DNA of 63,749 bases, counting the filler, from Choristocarpus tenellus KU-1152 (Eukaryota; Protista; Phaeophyceae): NCBI GenBank assembly GCA_964200185.2. It is 8 parts of 8 records of this genome, joined end to end, with 100 filler letters (N's around TTAATTAATTAA, not from the genome) between each part and the next. Parts side by side here need not be neighbours in the genome. Positions count along the whole stretch, not along the records: positions 1 to 4,151 come from CAXNAD020015962.1; positions 4,252 to 18,953 come from CAXNAD020001132.1; 6 more parts are not named here. One strand, 5' to 3'. This document shows, in pieces, positions 1 to 12,218 of the stretch. The position numbers and the translations under genes are program-made. The notes beneath the pieces were generated by a model. That model worked only from the letters and a program-made list of their open reading frames with translations, was not told the DNA's origin and searched no databases. Numbering within the stretch: the stretch's first letter is position 1; each line of letters opens with the position of its first letter.

Positions 1-80
1 AGGACGACAGTAGTACAATATTTGATAGTGCTGAAGTAACTGATTAGTGGTTTCCACGCATTGTCTTACAGTATGTATAT

Positions 81-136
81 AGTTTTCATTGGTTTTCCCC
101 TGACACATCTGCAAAATGTCAGAGGGCATAATAATA
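81..136 (+). repeat. 3'-terminal hairpin + (TAA)n tail of CRE-like retroelement, copy 1
   Basis: TTTTCATTGGTTTTCCCCTGACACATCTGCAAAATGTCAGAGGGCATAATAATA; near-identical copies at 42691(-), 50199, 50960 and 53281. Confidence 0.75.
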
Positions 137-277
137 TATATATATAATATACATATGTGTATCATATGTATCCGTGTTTGATGTGATATGTGATTAGTAT
201 ACAATCCTCGAACATTTTAATAACTCCCATGATTCCAAAATTCCGCCATTTCGTGTGGAGTGGTACAGTCTTTAGCA

Positions 278-3165
278 ATGGTGGACCTCCCCATCCCTGC
301 GTTAGCCTTACTCCTTATATTTGGTGCCAACTGGGTGAGCTTAGGGGATTCCTTGCCTGATAACCTCTCTTTTGCTTATACGAAGTCTCAGTGTGACGTT
401 CTTATAACAACAAAATTCGTTGTGGCAGAACAAACTTTACCTGTTGCTTCTTTTGTTCAGGTCCTCGGTGGCTTTCTGTGGCTCCATAAGCGCCATAGCG
501 CCTATAACCGCAGCAATGATGATAAGATATCGGATGAAAGTCAAGCTATCGCTGCAACCACACCCGTCGCGGCCCCCCACGGCAAGCAGCTCTCGGAACC
601 CCTAAGGCTAACCATCTCATCTGTACGATCCTTGTCGGGGGAGGTAGCGAGACTAGGGGCCATCATGACGTTTGCTTATCTTTGCGAAAATCACCCTCTC
701 TTTCCTCAAGGGCAGAAGGTGAGATCTGGGTTGGCGCTTGGGGAGGGAGTATTACGCGGCTTATCTTCGATTTTGAGAATCGTACGATAAGCAGTTTAAG
801 TGTGGTCTTAGATTTGTGCATAGGGTAGCACTTAGTCGGGCGCGGGGGGGCAATATATGGATCTTATACCAATAGGCACAGCTTCTATTCGCCGATGTCA
901 GGTGCACGATCTGGACATGTTCTGGTTTCTTGCTGGTGGGCTCTTCATCTCCTCAGTCCTGAACATACGCAAGTCCAAGGGCGGAGATGTGCTGAACCGT
1001 GAGCAAACAGAGGAGTGGAAGGGCTGGATGCAGTTCATGTTTCTCATGTACCATTATTTCTCTGCGAAGGAGGCAAGGAACAATCCAAATTGAATAACTT
1101 AACCCCAGAACAAGTGTTTCCTGGAGGAAACCCCCTTGCCATTTTCTGGTTTGTGCGTATGATCATCGTAGGTGGTTAGCCTTAGGTGGCACAGAATGGG
1201 CTTGTGTATTCGTTTCTATTTTTCCACTTCGCGTTGGGATGACAACCTCCTGTTAGTACCAAGGTTCGTTCAACCAACCCCACTGTCATTGATGAAATTG
1301 AATTCATTAGGGATGGTGACAAGTTTGTCAGTGAACCGCTAGTCTCATATCTGTTTCGCTCCCTCACTTATTCATTGCAGCAAGTTCACATACCTAAAGA
1401 TGCTGTTTTGCACTTAATTTAACGTGCACTGGTGCATTCCCGTGTTTTTGGACGTCTATAGATGTATGTACTTACCTCTCATTTGAAAAGTACCCGTAGT
1501 CAACTACCCATTAACCTATGCTTAGCTCCACAACAGGTGTACAATAGCATTCGTGTGTTCATCACCTCGTATGTGTGGATGACTGGCTTTGGGAACTTCA
1601 GCTTCTTTTACCTCAAGGTGATGCCTCAGTTGGACCTGTAATCATTGAATGCATTTGTGATATGGGTAACGTAAGGTCAAGATTTCCCCTTGACATGTTG
1701 TTGATCTGTTGTAACTCTAGAAACTTGTTGAACCTACCCTCACAAGAGATGAGATTATTTTCTGTCTGTATTGGTTTTGCTGTATGTTCATTTGGTGTAT
1801 GTTAACATGCCTAGGTTATTCTAGAACCTGCTAAATCAGACAAGATGTAAGTTCAATTGGAATGACTGTACATTATGGGTATGGCGTAGGTCACTGTAAC
1901 AGAGGCGATTCACAGCCTATCCATGATCATCTCCCCTCCCTGAGCGATTATTTATTGATTGGGGATTCATTGTAGGTATTGTTTTGGGCCTAGCAAACTC
2001 CTTCGGGTATGCTTAGCAGGAGAACCAATTGTAAAATACTGTAAAATACTGCTACAGCATTTGAGAAGTCTCGCCCCACAAACCAATTGTTGGTCTCTTA
2101 AACTCACTCCTCTTCTCTGTAGCAGACATAATGCCTTCATCCAGGGATGGTGGATAGTTTGTGAATGATGCTGGCATACCCGCTTGCAGCACTGTTCATC
2201 CCTGCCTTATTATTTCAAAATGAAGTGTAAATAAACAAGAAAAATGATTAGCAAAAACCTTGCTTCAAGGATTGACCGAGATTACAAAATGTAGAGCCAT
2301 TCCTTGTTTTCCACTTGACACAATGTACTGCAGTACAATGGGAGAAGGGCATTCACTGGAATTTTGGGTCTATTGCCCCCAGTAAATTGATTCATGCATT
2401 AAATTTGATGTCAAGAATGGCTTCAGATTAGTTTTTGAGGGACAACAAGTCTTGGTAGGAGGGCAGGAGGGTTCAACTTGATCAAGGTGGGATAAAAGTA
2501 AAAGAGGACCAAGGAGAGAAATGAAAATCCAATTGTCCCATGATTTTTTTGTTCTGATTGTATTTTTTTTTTAGGTTAGGATAGACACTCACTTAAACTC
2601 TGGTCTTAAGTGTTGTATAGTTATTGTCGTGCTGCCTAATGTATGACGCAGACCACGAGAGAAGCGAGGATTTGGTTAAGGTAATTTCCTATTCTGAAAT
2701 GTGTTCCTCCAGTTGAGGGTCATGCTCTCCCTCTCTCTGCCACTATAGTGTGATTTAGTTACATCCTTTGGAATCAGGACAGGATGGCAAACAATCCCTC
2801 AATGGATTGTAATAATTTTGTTTGCATCATTCGGGTCCTGAATAGAAGCCTCAACCCACCATACCCCTTCTACACACCTTATATGCCCTCCCTTGATGCT
2901 GCAGGGGGATTTTGGTGCAGTGAGGTTACTGCAGATGATCTGGCGGCTCAACTTCTTGGTAATACTGCTGTGCATGACCATGGGGAACAATTACATCCTC
3001 TACTACATTTGCCCCCTCCACACCTTTTATTTCTTTGTTGTGTACGCAATCATGGGCATTGTCCCCTCCGCTAATTACTCCAAGTGGGGTATTCGCTGGA
3101 AACTTCTGATAGGAGCTGGTGTGATCTACTGCGTATGGGACCTTGATTTTGGGCTCTTTGGGAAG
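278..3165 (+). CDS. CASD1: CASD1/Cas1p/RWA-family multi-TM O-acetyltransferase, 5' part (3' end lost at contig break 4151)
   Basis: Hand-spliced phase-0 exons 278-334, 461-718, 902-1072, 1537-1617 and 2905-3165. They give ...[27 protein letters not shown]|[27 protein letters not shown]|[18 protein letters not shown]...YYICPLHT, the signature block of Cas1_AcylT/plant RWA proteins. Introns are GT-AG except intron 3 (GC-AG). Confidence 0.93.
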
Positions 3166-4151
3166 GTGAGAGCGGGGGATATGATTCCATATTGTTCTAT
3201 CATTGTATTTGTGGCGTATGGGTTGTTCGTTCTTCTTCATTTCATTTTTTTTTTTGTCTAGTGTATTTCTTAAGCTGTCGTTGTATGTATGCCTTCCTTT
3301 ATTTGCCAGCGGTAATGACGGGAAAAGACAGTTTTTTGGTATATAAATGAAAGCGCACATTGAGCTTCTTGGATGCAACACGTATCGCACGCACTGTAGC
3401 TTAAGTAGAGGGGGGATTGTCCTATGGTTGAACACTGCCATGAAGAGGTAGATTCCTTTGGTCTCATTTAATGCTGAGTTGCAACAGCAGCTCGGTGTGC
3501 CAAGTATGTGTTTTCCGACAAATTCCGCGTGTGATCGTTTTTTGTCGTGGACTGTGGTGAGACACAAGAAGAGAGTGGGAGAGGAGAGTCTGTCCCACTT
3601 CAGATTTATCTGGGTATCGAGACCATCGTTGTTTATGTTACCGCCCTCCGGTAGATTTGCAAGGATGTATGCAACTTGAGGGCTCTCTCTGCACACTCTG
3701 CCTTGTCTCACCTGTACATGTTAGGGACATAAAAGGATTGATGTGTTTTACATCCAGGAGGAGCATGCATGAAGTGTGCTGGCATTGTAATATTACACTG
3801 AAGTGATTTTTCAGACCAGGTTATTGCTAAATGCTTTGCTACCAGCTGAACTTCTTGCGAAGCCTGCTACTGCTTGTGTGGTTCATTTTTTTTAATCATG
3901 ATGTGGGCTTCTTTCAGGGAGGTTGGCTTGTGCATGCAAAGGTACAGTAACCGATTTCTTGAATCCACCAGTTATTTTGGATGGTGTGGACTATGTATTC
4001 TATCAAGGCAGAGTTTGTTACAACGGTAGGTTTTGTCACTTACCCCGAGCCTTGAAAAACCAACTCTACATTCCCTACTCATATTTTTAGTCATCTCCAT
4101 GTCCCACATGTATTATGAAAGTAGTGGGTTCTTAATTCCTCCCCAACCCCC

Positions 4152-4251
4152 NNNNNNNNNNNNNNNNNNNNNNNNNNNNNNNNNNNNNNNNNNNNTTAAT
4201 TAATTAANNNNNNNNNNNNNNNNNNNNNNNNNNNNNNNNNNNNNNNNNNNN
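4152..4251. other. Artificial contig linker (44N-TTAATTAATTAA-44N)
   Basis: Identical 100-bp six-frame-stop spacer. It also occurs at 18954-19053, 25501-25600, 34650-34749, 50077-50176, 53038-53137 and 56039-56138. Confidence 0.98.
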
Positions 4252-4301
4252 AAAATTGACCCCAAATGGACAGCCGCCACCCCCTCCCAGATACTTTGAG
4301 C
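4252..4301 (-). mobile_element. Terminal fragment of CAAAGTATCT MITE (type B)
   Basis: CCCCAAATGGACAGCCGCCACCC...CAGATACTTTGAGCC is the reverse complement of the left end of the complete element at 56693. Confidence 0.8.
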
Positions 4302-5346
4302 CAAAGGTAGGAGTCAAAGGTAGGGGTAGAAGGACAAAGGGGGGCAGGATCAAGGCAACTTCTGAGCAATCTAACCCACCCACTCACCCTCTTGATTGCT
4401 AACGAAGGAGTGGGAACTTGATCAACCTCGGGTGGGGTAGATTTTTCTAGTTCAAAGGCATGGTATAGGGGTGGATGAAGGTGGGGTGTTTTGGATTATT
4501 GTGGGGTGTGTTGGATAAATGTTGAGTATCGAGGATGGAGGTGGAGTGCTTCAGAAGGATTGGTGTGAGAGTGGGTTCGCGGAAATTGGTCGCATTGTTT
4601 GGTGATTGGATACCACTGGCGGAAATAGGTTGTACTGGTTTTTGTGTGGATATCACAAGTGAAAAGCAGTTGCATAGTTGGTGCGGTAACAAAGCGATGA
4701 TTTGATAGTGGTTTGATATGGAGTGAGTGGTGTGACTACATCAGTTGAGGGGAGTGGGGTGGATGTAAGGCTAAGCGGAGGCTATCAGGAATCGTTAGCA
4801 AAGCAAAATAGTATTTTATATTTAGCACTTTGATTATTCTGTTCTGGGAATGACCCCAACATTCCAACCTACAACCTGCCTGTGGTCAAAGAGTTAGTGT
4901 GATGTCAATTTGTGTGTGAAAAGGGGGAATGTCATTATTGTATGCACTGTTATGCACACAAAGCAGTGGAATAGAGTGCATTTACAGGACAATAAAGATG
5001 GTTTAGAATGCAAAAGGGTTCAAACTTGCCTACCTCTCAATTGATTTAGCTCGCTACAGTGCCCAAAGAAATCTCCCCTTCTTTGGGAGCCACCAATCAC
5101 TGTATATAGTGTGTATTTTTAACTCTTGCGGAAGCATTTTTGAAGACCTAACCCAACCCCCATCCCTAGCCCTAATCCTATCTTGTGTGTAAAGAGTATT
5201 CCTCATCAGGCAAGAAAAATTCTTGAAGTTTCACACTGTGTGTGGTGTAACAGTACATACTACAATGTGCGTTGAAGAACCACACCTCTCAAGGATCCAT
5301 CACTCACTAATGATCTTTTTTTCACTTTTTTACACAATTTTCGAAA

Positions 5347-5368
5347 ACCTAACCCTAACCCTAACCCT
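5347..5368 (+). repeat. Interstitial telomere-like (CCCTAA)n
   Basis: ACCTAACCCTAACCCTAACCCT; similar short runs near 31898, 37340 and 59399. Confidence 0.7.
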
Positions 5369-6071
5369 GAACTGTTCATGAGAAATAACTCCACCAAACG
5401 TTCATTTGAAGAAGTGAAAAAATGATGACGGGAGTGGTTCCCGAAGGCAAGGGTTCCCCTATGCACTCCTCCAACGTTTCACTGCTTGGTCTACAACCTT
5501 CTACAATGCCAAAGAGAAAAAGAAACGCAAATCCCACACTAAAAACAGTCTGGAAACCCGACTTCAAGGTGCCATCTTAATCCAGTTTTGGTTTAGACAA
5601 TCACTTATAATCCAAGGAGCATTCTTGAAAGAAAAATGCATCACTTTGCTTTGCGTATACCCTGCTCCTTACTACAACAGATAGTTTGCGGTGAGACCAA
5701 CCCCCCCCCCAAAAAAATAGCACACCAGGTTGGACAGGAAAAGTGAATTGCAAATCAATGCCTGAAACTCCCCAAACCATACCCTTCTGAGACGCACTCA
5801 TAAACAGGTATCATAGGACATCATACGCCTACCAGACTAGACCATCTTTGCTGCATCTTAGAGCACCTACTACAGACCACAACACGTTCCATCCCATGAG
5901 AGGAAGTTGCTTGTAAAAACAGACCCTCCAATACCCAGTGCACTTTAGCATTCCCCGATTCTACTCTCTACCCCCATTGGTACTACCCCTAGCTACAGTC
6001 ACACCCTGGCACTTAGGATGGTCACACATGACTGTAAAATGATGTCCGCGGATAGGGTTAGGGCTGTATCT

Positions 6072-6103
6072 CCTGCTGCTGCTGCTGCTGCTGTTGCTGC
6101 TGC
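6072..6103 (+). repeat. (GCT)n microsatellite
   Basis: About 10 CTG/GCT units with one interruption. Confidence 0.85.
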
Positions 6104-6169
6104 CCATCATCCCAAGCCGAGCATCCAGCATATGGTGTGGATATGTGGCAATTGCTCGACACCTACCAG

Positions 6170-6255
6170 ATCTCATGGGAGTGTTTGTCGTCTTTATCAT
6201 CTCATCAAGCTGGTTCTCGGGGAAATTCCAGACGAAGAAGTCTAATGGGCTCCAT
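6170..6255 (-). pseudogene. Possible piggyBac-like transposase fragment
   Basis: Minus-strand PLDFFVWNFPENQLDEMIKTTN resembles the PxxFFxxxFxxxxLxxIxxxTN start of the piggyBac DDE_Tnp_1_7 domain. Short and degraded. Confidence 0.4.
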
Positions 6256-7469
6256 ATTTATCGACATTGAGCCCTTTACACCCACAACAACACTGGACCC
6301 CACTTCTTGGTGGTTCTTTGTGTGTTGACCACCCTTGCATGCTCGTATGCATACTTTATGGGTGGTCTCTCCTTTGAGTTCCCACTGAAAACAACAAATT
6401 CACCCCAAATAGTTTCCTCCTCATTCCACGTCTCCCTGATGCTCGACCCAGGTACCCCTACTCCAGACTCCTCCTCCCTGTGTTGAGAAACTTGGCGCAT
6501 GTAAGGCTCGTCGCCAAAAGCTAGTAGTTGACTTACACGGTAAAAAATACACTGAATATTGATTATCCACTGGGCCTTTGTCTTAGCCATCAATTATCTC
6601 TGATGTATGGTCAAAGAATGACCCATCATACCGCTATGCACGTTACTACTTTGTATTGTACCGAACTAAAGATAAACGTACATGAAACCTATGTTATATA
6701 CTTGTATCAGCACAGATAACGTAAGGATAACACTAGGTTATTCGACACCATGTTCTCCTCTGAAACCCCATTCTCGTCGGAGTTCTTGTCTACATCATCA
6801 TCAGAATCATATGTTCCCGAGTTTGTCAGAGGAAGACTGGTCCACTCCGCTCTGTCCTCCAAATCTCAAGAATTTTTTAGTTGACCTTGAGTCATCGATC
6901 TACCAGCAACCTCTTTCCGGATGGCCACACCATCTACAGTGAACGCCATTACCCATTTCCAGTGCTTTGAACCAACCTTGGCGTCTGCCCAACAACTCTT
7001 CTGACCCAGGTCTTCACCTTCGAGCCCTTCATGACACCACAAGCACTGAGTTTCACCGCGACTACCTCAACATTGAGTGCACGGCATGTCTTAGACATCC
7101 CCACCTTTTTTGTCATTTCAGAACGATTGGCAGGGAACAAATTTCAAGGAACAGATTTCAATGTGGTTATCTATACTTACACTTGGCAACCCTTCTGATC
7201 TGGTTCATATGAATTTACACCAACTCCTTACCTTGAAACACCTATGCAAAATCGGTGATATGCATGTACATCCAAGTAACTTCCTCCGTTCAGAATTAAA
7301 TGTAACATAAGTCCTGCAGGTCCAATGAAGAAGCAAGATCTTTTTCACATGTTCATGTTTTATGTGTGTATGATACAGGCACTAAAATTATGCCCACCGA
7401 GATCTCAAGCAAAATGGGGCAGCCTACACCTATCTATGATTCCACCCCGAAGCCCATCAAACGTCCACT

Positions 7470-7900
7470 TCCAGCACGATATTTCATCGCATCCACTGGG
7501 GCATTCGGTGGGAGGTTGCCCACCTTCTCAGCCTTCTCCTTGCTATGATGGGGCATTTTGAAGATTTCGTCACCCTTGGATCCCAACATTTCACCTTAAG
7601 ACTACGAAGACACTCTGCCAGACGCGCTCTAGTGTCTCCCAGGGGTACACACCAAACGCCTCCATTGTTGCCTCCACCAGCTCCTCTATATTGATCAACC
7701 CCACGTCCTCCTTAAGTTGCTGAATGGAATGAAAGAATGCCAGGACTGTTGGGTTGGCTGACTGGGTCTATATGACAGTGTCGTCCCCCTCCGCCTCTTT
7801 GATTGCCTCCATGATCCTCCGTGTTGCGTGGCTTTGCCCTGTCCTGCTGCACGAAGATGGTGTGTCCTTCCGACCTAGGCATGTGGGCCTTGACCAGAGG
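7470..7900 (-). pseudogene. Decayed plant-type mariner (DD39D) transposase, C-terminal part
   Basis: Frameshifted translation HTIFVQQDRAK...TQSANP...LAFFHSIQQLKEDVGLINIEELVEATMEAFGVYPWETLERVWQS...EMLGSKGDEIFKMPH. It matches the IQQDNAKPH / QPxNSPDLNVLDLGFF / GGNxYKIPH blocks; the segment with the third catalytic D is deleted. Confidence 0.8.
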
Positions 7901-9908
7901 TGTCCCTTGTGACTACTCTCCATATTCCTTCCTTGGAGAACTGGTCCAAAAAACCCTCCAGTGACACCTTGTGGGTTGAGAGCTTCACTAAGGGTCTATC
8001 TGGTTTGTCGAGTTCAAGGGTCACCTTTGGTTGTGCTTCTTGGGTAAAGAGTACCGCAAAGGGTCCTTCCTGTCCGTTTTTTGGGTTTCCTTGTTGTCAC
8101 AGTTGTACCGATCACCCAAAGAACCCCCAGTTCTCGTCCCATCTTTCTCAGATCTTGTTTAATTTTCTCAGCCTAGGCATCGTGCCATACCTGGCTTTGT
8201 AGAGATTGAGATATTTAGTGGTAAGGATCATGATGTCTGGGACCCTCTCGTGTGACTGTTGTTGTTAGTCTGAGGTCACCTTATATGACTTTATTGGTTG
8301 GGTTTGTGTTCTGAGTTCTCTCAGCTCAACCGTCACACTTGATCTGCCTGCGTTTTGTTTCTTTTTGTGCTGATCCATTTGCGTGCACCTTGCTTGTAGA
8401 GATGTGTGCACGACCTTGAGGAGTCTGGATCATTGGTCTGGGCTGATCTTCTCTTCTCCTGATCTTGTTTCCTCATCATTGTCCTTCGTCAACATGACAC
8501 AGTGGCTGTTATCATAATCAACTTCAGAGACCTGAGCCGTTCAGAGTATTATTACTATCATATTGAATCTTGTGCTGGACAATCCTTCATGTTGCTTGGC
8601 AACGAAGCCTTTCCACCTCCTTCTATAAGACCAGCAGATACAGAAGAGTGCACAACAGGGCTATGCACTGGACGGTGGTAATTGTGTAAATGGGGCCAGC
8701 CCACGAGGCAGCTGGGCAAGAAGGTTTTCTGAAAGGGCCAGAACCAGGTCGTAAGAATTCTGGGTGGCCTGGCTTATAGGCCGACTTTTACAAGGCATAC
8801 TTCAAAATATTATTTTGAAAGGGCTGGACTGGGGCCTTTTGTGGCTATTTAACGGGACCGAACAGCTGGCCACCTTGGGCAAGATGGTTTTTGCAAGGAC
8901 CAGGTTGGCCCCCCATTTTAGCTGAGCCAGGTTTCAGGTTGGTGGGTCAGACCAGATGGTTTGCAGGTGGATTATGAAAAATGATGTCATTTTACGTTCA
9001 TTATTTATGTTACGAAGTGTAGAGCTCTAATATTGGTGCTGTGAGCGAGCGTGCACAAAAGTGATTCTTACATGAATTTCGAACTTTCGAATATTCAATT
9101 TTCAGAGGAATGTTGTTTCAATAATGCAAAAGTCCATGTGGTAAGAAGTATGGTTTGTATATCTATATTTACTAAACCTTCTTCTAACACTCTACCGCAA
9201 AGACACAGAAGATATGAAACGACATGGCAAGGCTCCATTGGGACACTGGGACTGACTGATCCAGGGGATAAGGTTCATTTACAGGGGAGGAAGAAGAGTA
9301 AAAAAGGCAGAATGGGTATACCCAACACGTGAGAACCAAGAAATGAACAGAGTGCACTTAGTTGTAGTACTGCTCCATGTAGTAGTATCTCTCGGACCAC
9401 AAATTGGGATAATCCGCAGGCAAAAGTGCAAAAAATATGAACAAAAAAATTGTTAATAATGGTACTAACCCCATTCTATGCTTCACTACTTCTACTCCTT
9501 AACATAGTATGTACTGTATAGATTAATTTTGGTCTCGTTAACAAGTATTATTGTACAAACAAGTTGTTTCGTGAATTGTGCTAAATTCAGACAGGCTATA
9601 GCGGTTGTTGGTCTCACTTTCTGATGTCACACAAAAGAGTACAATATCAAAGGTATCATTTCCACATGCAAAGGTGAGGAGGCTAATCCTTCTGTTATCC
9701 AAACTCAAAAATGTCAACCACACATAGAGAATTGCAATATGGCAATTGCAAAACAACGAATGGGATATGTTGGCAACTCCAGAAGATGCATCGAAGGTCA
9801 TTGTGGACCTCAAACCTGAGTGAGACTATAAGTTTGGTGCAATGTGATTGCGATGAACATGAGGGTGGTCTTTTGATGTGTCAACTATTAGGATCTAAAT
9901 TTCTTGGT

Positions 9909-10164
9909 CACCCAAAGCATTTAAGAGGGTAGAGCTGCGCCCGTTCGGGGTCATAAATCCAATGATGCGATTTAGATGATTTTTTCTTACGTGTTTGATA
10001 GCAAGTGTCAATATCCTTGCTCCGGATACACCTTTCATAGTCGTATAAATTATAGGTAACTGTGTTCAGACAGAAAACCGAAAAAGGGCATAAAAAATCT
10101 GTGGGAAGCCAAGCCCCTGACGGACAAACAGGTAGAACTCCAACCCTCTTAAATGCTTTGATTC
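9909..10164 (+). mobile_element. ~256-bp MITE (type A, divergent copy)
   Basis: Perfect inverted repeat CAAAGCATTTAAGAGGGT...ACCCTCTTAAATGCTTTG; interior is homologous to the copies at 20975 and 39186. Confidence 0.85.
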
Positions 10165-12218
10165 AGTAGCTCAATGGCGTAGGCTCTTTCTTCTATGTAA
10201 GCATGCTAGAGGCATGGAAATGGGTGATTAACAAGTTGTGTTAATCAAACTTTCACCAGGAAACAGTGTTTGCCCTATTTCTGGTATTGAGGCTACTACA
10301 AAGAGAATGAAAAATATGCAGATTCAGTAGCAACAACTTCACAGTTGTCAACTTGTGGGCCCCCATGGACGCAGACAGAGGCACGAGATACTGTTGATCT
10401 GGATTGGTTGTTCTTGTCATGCGCCTGCAGGAATCTCTTCTTTACAAGGTTCCTTCCTACATTCAAGTATCAATAGTGTTGAAGACACTTCCAGACAGAC
10501 CCCTCTACTATGTGGAAAAACAATGTTGTCAAGTGGGGGCAGCAAGAAAATATCACAAATATCATCTGGATCAGGGGAGAACAAAGTTTCTTGTATGTCT
10601 CATTCCGTCTTATCCTGTGCAAGCTTTTTTCCATACAATGCTGCGGTGGTCAAACTTGTCTATGGCTGAGTGTTGGTTTCGATAAAATATGTTCAAGTTT
10701 GGAGGAGAGAAAGAGAGCACCGAAGAAGAAATATTACACTACATACTATATGTTCGCTTAATCACACCATGTTGAAGGCAGAGTGTATCATGGTGGCAAC
10801 AAATAATTTTGGCACTGGCGTTCTTCCCTACTTTCTAGGTTGCCCTCATTGTGCCAGTCTACAATAACTTAGCTGTATGCATGATCGTGTTTGTCTGACA
10901 GAAAATGACGGTATAACACAACCAACACATATTGTGCAAGCAATATGTAATCTTGTTCAGTCTGTTATTTACATAATGAATTTCCTGCCTATTTGGTGCA
11001 ACTTAAATAGTCAAATGTGAGGTGGAAAACGGATGTTATGGACCAAATTTGGCCGAGCGTTTCAGGGTAACTCTAGGGTTCAGTGTTACGTTGTCTTGGG
11101 GTGAAAAGCAACTGCTAAACCTTCATGTCTCAGAGGTAAGTATGCAGGATATGCCCATTGTATTGAGCATCAGTTGGAAAATTCAGCCTTCTTTCCCTCT
11201 TTTTCATTTAGGCAATAGGTGGCGCCCAGTTAGGCTGGTTATAGTGGTGAAATGAAGAACGACAGTGGGGTTTGAAAACTTGGGGTCTTGATGCAGCGCT
11301 CTGAAGACCGTGTCAAGCCTCCAAGTGTTCATCGGCAACTACTTCAAACTGTGGGCAGGCAGGGCTCAGAGTCACAACATCGAAGGTGCTGCACCCATTA
11401 ATCACCACTCCAATATCTGTACGCATGCAGATATGCATCTAAATAAAAAATGCCACCAAAATCTTCTCGGCAGGTTGGCAAGAAATGTCGCATGTAAGCA
11501 ATAAGCATGTTAGCATATATTCACATCTTCAGTAGGGGTGGTGGGTTCTGTTCCTTGATCACTTTTAGTTTTTGAAAACATCCTGCAAGATGTCTCTATC
11601 GTCTGAAGCAAACTCTAGTTACCATACCTTATCCTGAAAACATGCAATGATAGGCCTAGAGTCAATGCCTATACACTATGTAGGTTCTTCCTGCAATTTG
11701 CATCTCCAAAACAGTAAGATGCATTGTGCTGTATGAAAGGTCAAACAATCCATTCATCTATTTTGCGGAAGTAAAAAAAAGAGATATTGAAATGGACCTG
11801 TTGACTAGAGCACATATACTCTAACACCTTCTAACACACCAATACACATATAATTGCTATTCATGCCTGTTACTCCAAGTAGAGCGAACATTATTTGAAT
11901 CAAGCAACCACATCAAAGTAAAGGTATTTTGACCAACCATGCATTGCGTGATAAAGACTAATCCGCAATGATTAGCTGTTCATCACAGGGTTTTCAATAA
12001 CCGAGTAAGGGGCTCATACACTTATGGTTTCTTTAGATCACTTTCTGTAACAAGAAAGATATGTGGCACAAAATAGGCAATAAAAAAATATGGAATAGAG
12101 CAATGGGTAACATTCCAAATGCTCCCATTACCATTCCAAAGTATCAATAAACAGATCAGAAGTAAAAAATCGCTTACAATCTCCAAAGAGATTGCAGAAG
12201 CTTCCCACGAACAACCCA

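Noticed and set aside
2926-3711. 261-aa minus-strand ORF
   Set aside because: Antisense shadow of CASD1 exon 5 plus intron; no recognisable motif.
4196-4207. TTAATTAATTAA as a biological motif or piggyBac target
   Set aside because: Always centred in identical N-runs; it is an artificial concatenation linker.
8657-10860. hAT element (CAGGGCT-type end, GC-rich subterminal repeats, EWD and WKNN..AARKY fragments)
   Set aside because: Hints only; no partner TIR or TSD found and the peptides are too degraded to support a call.
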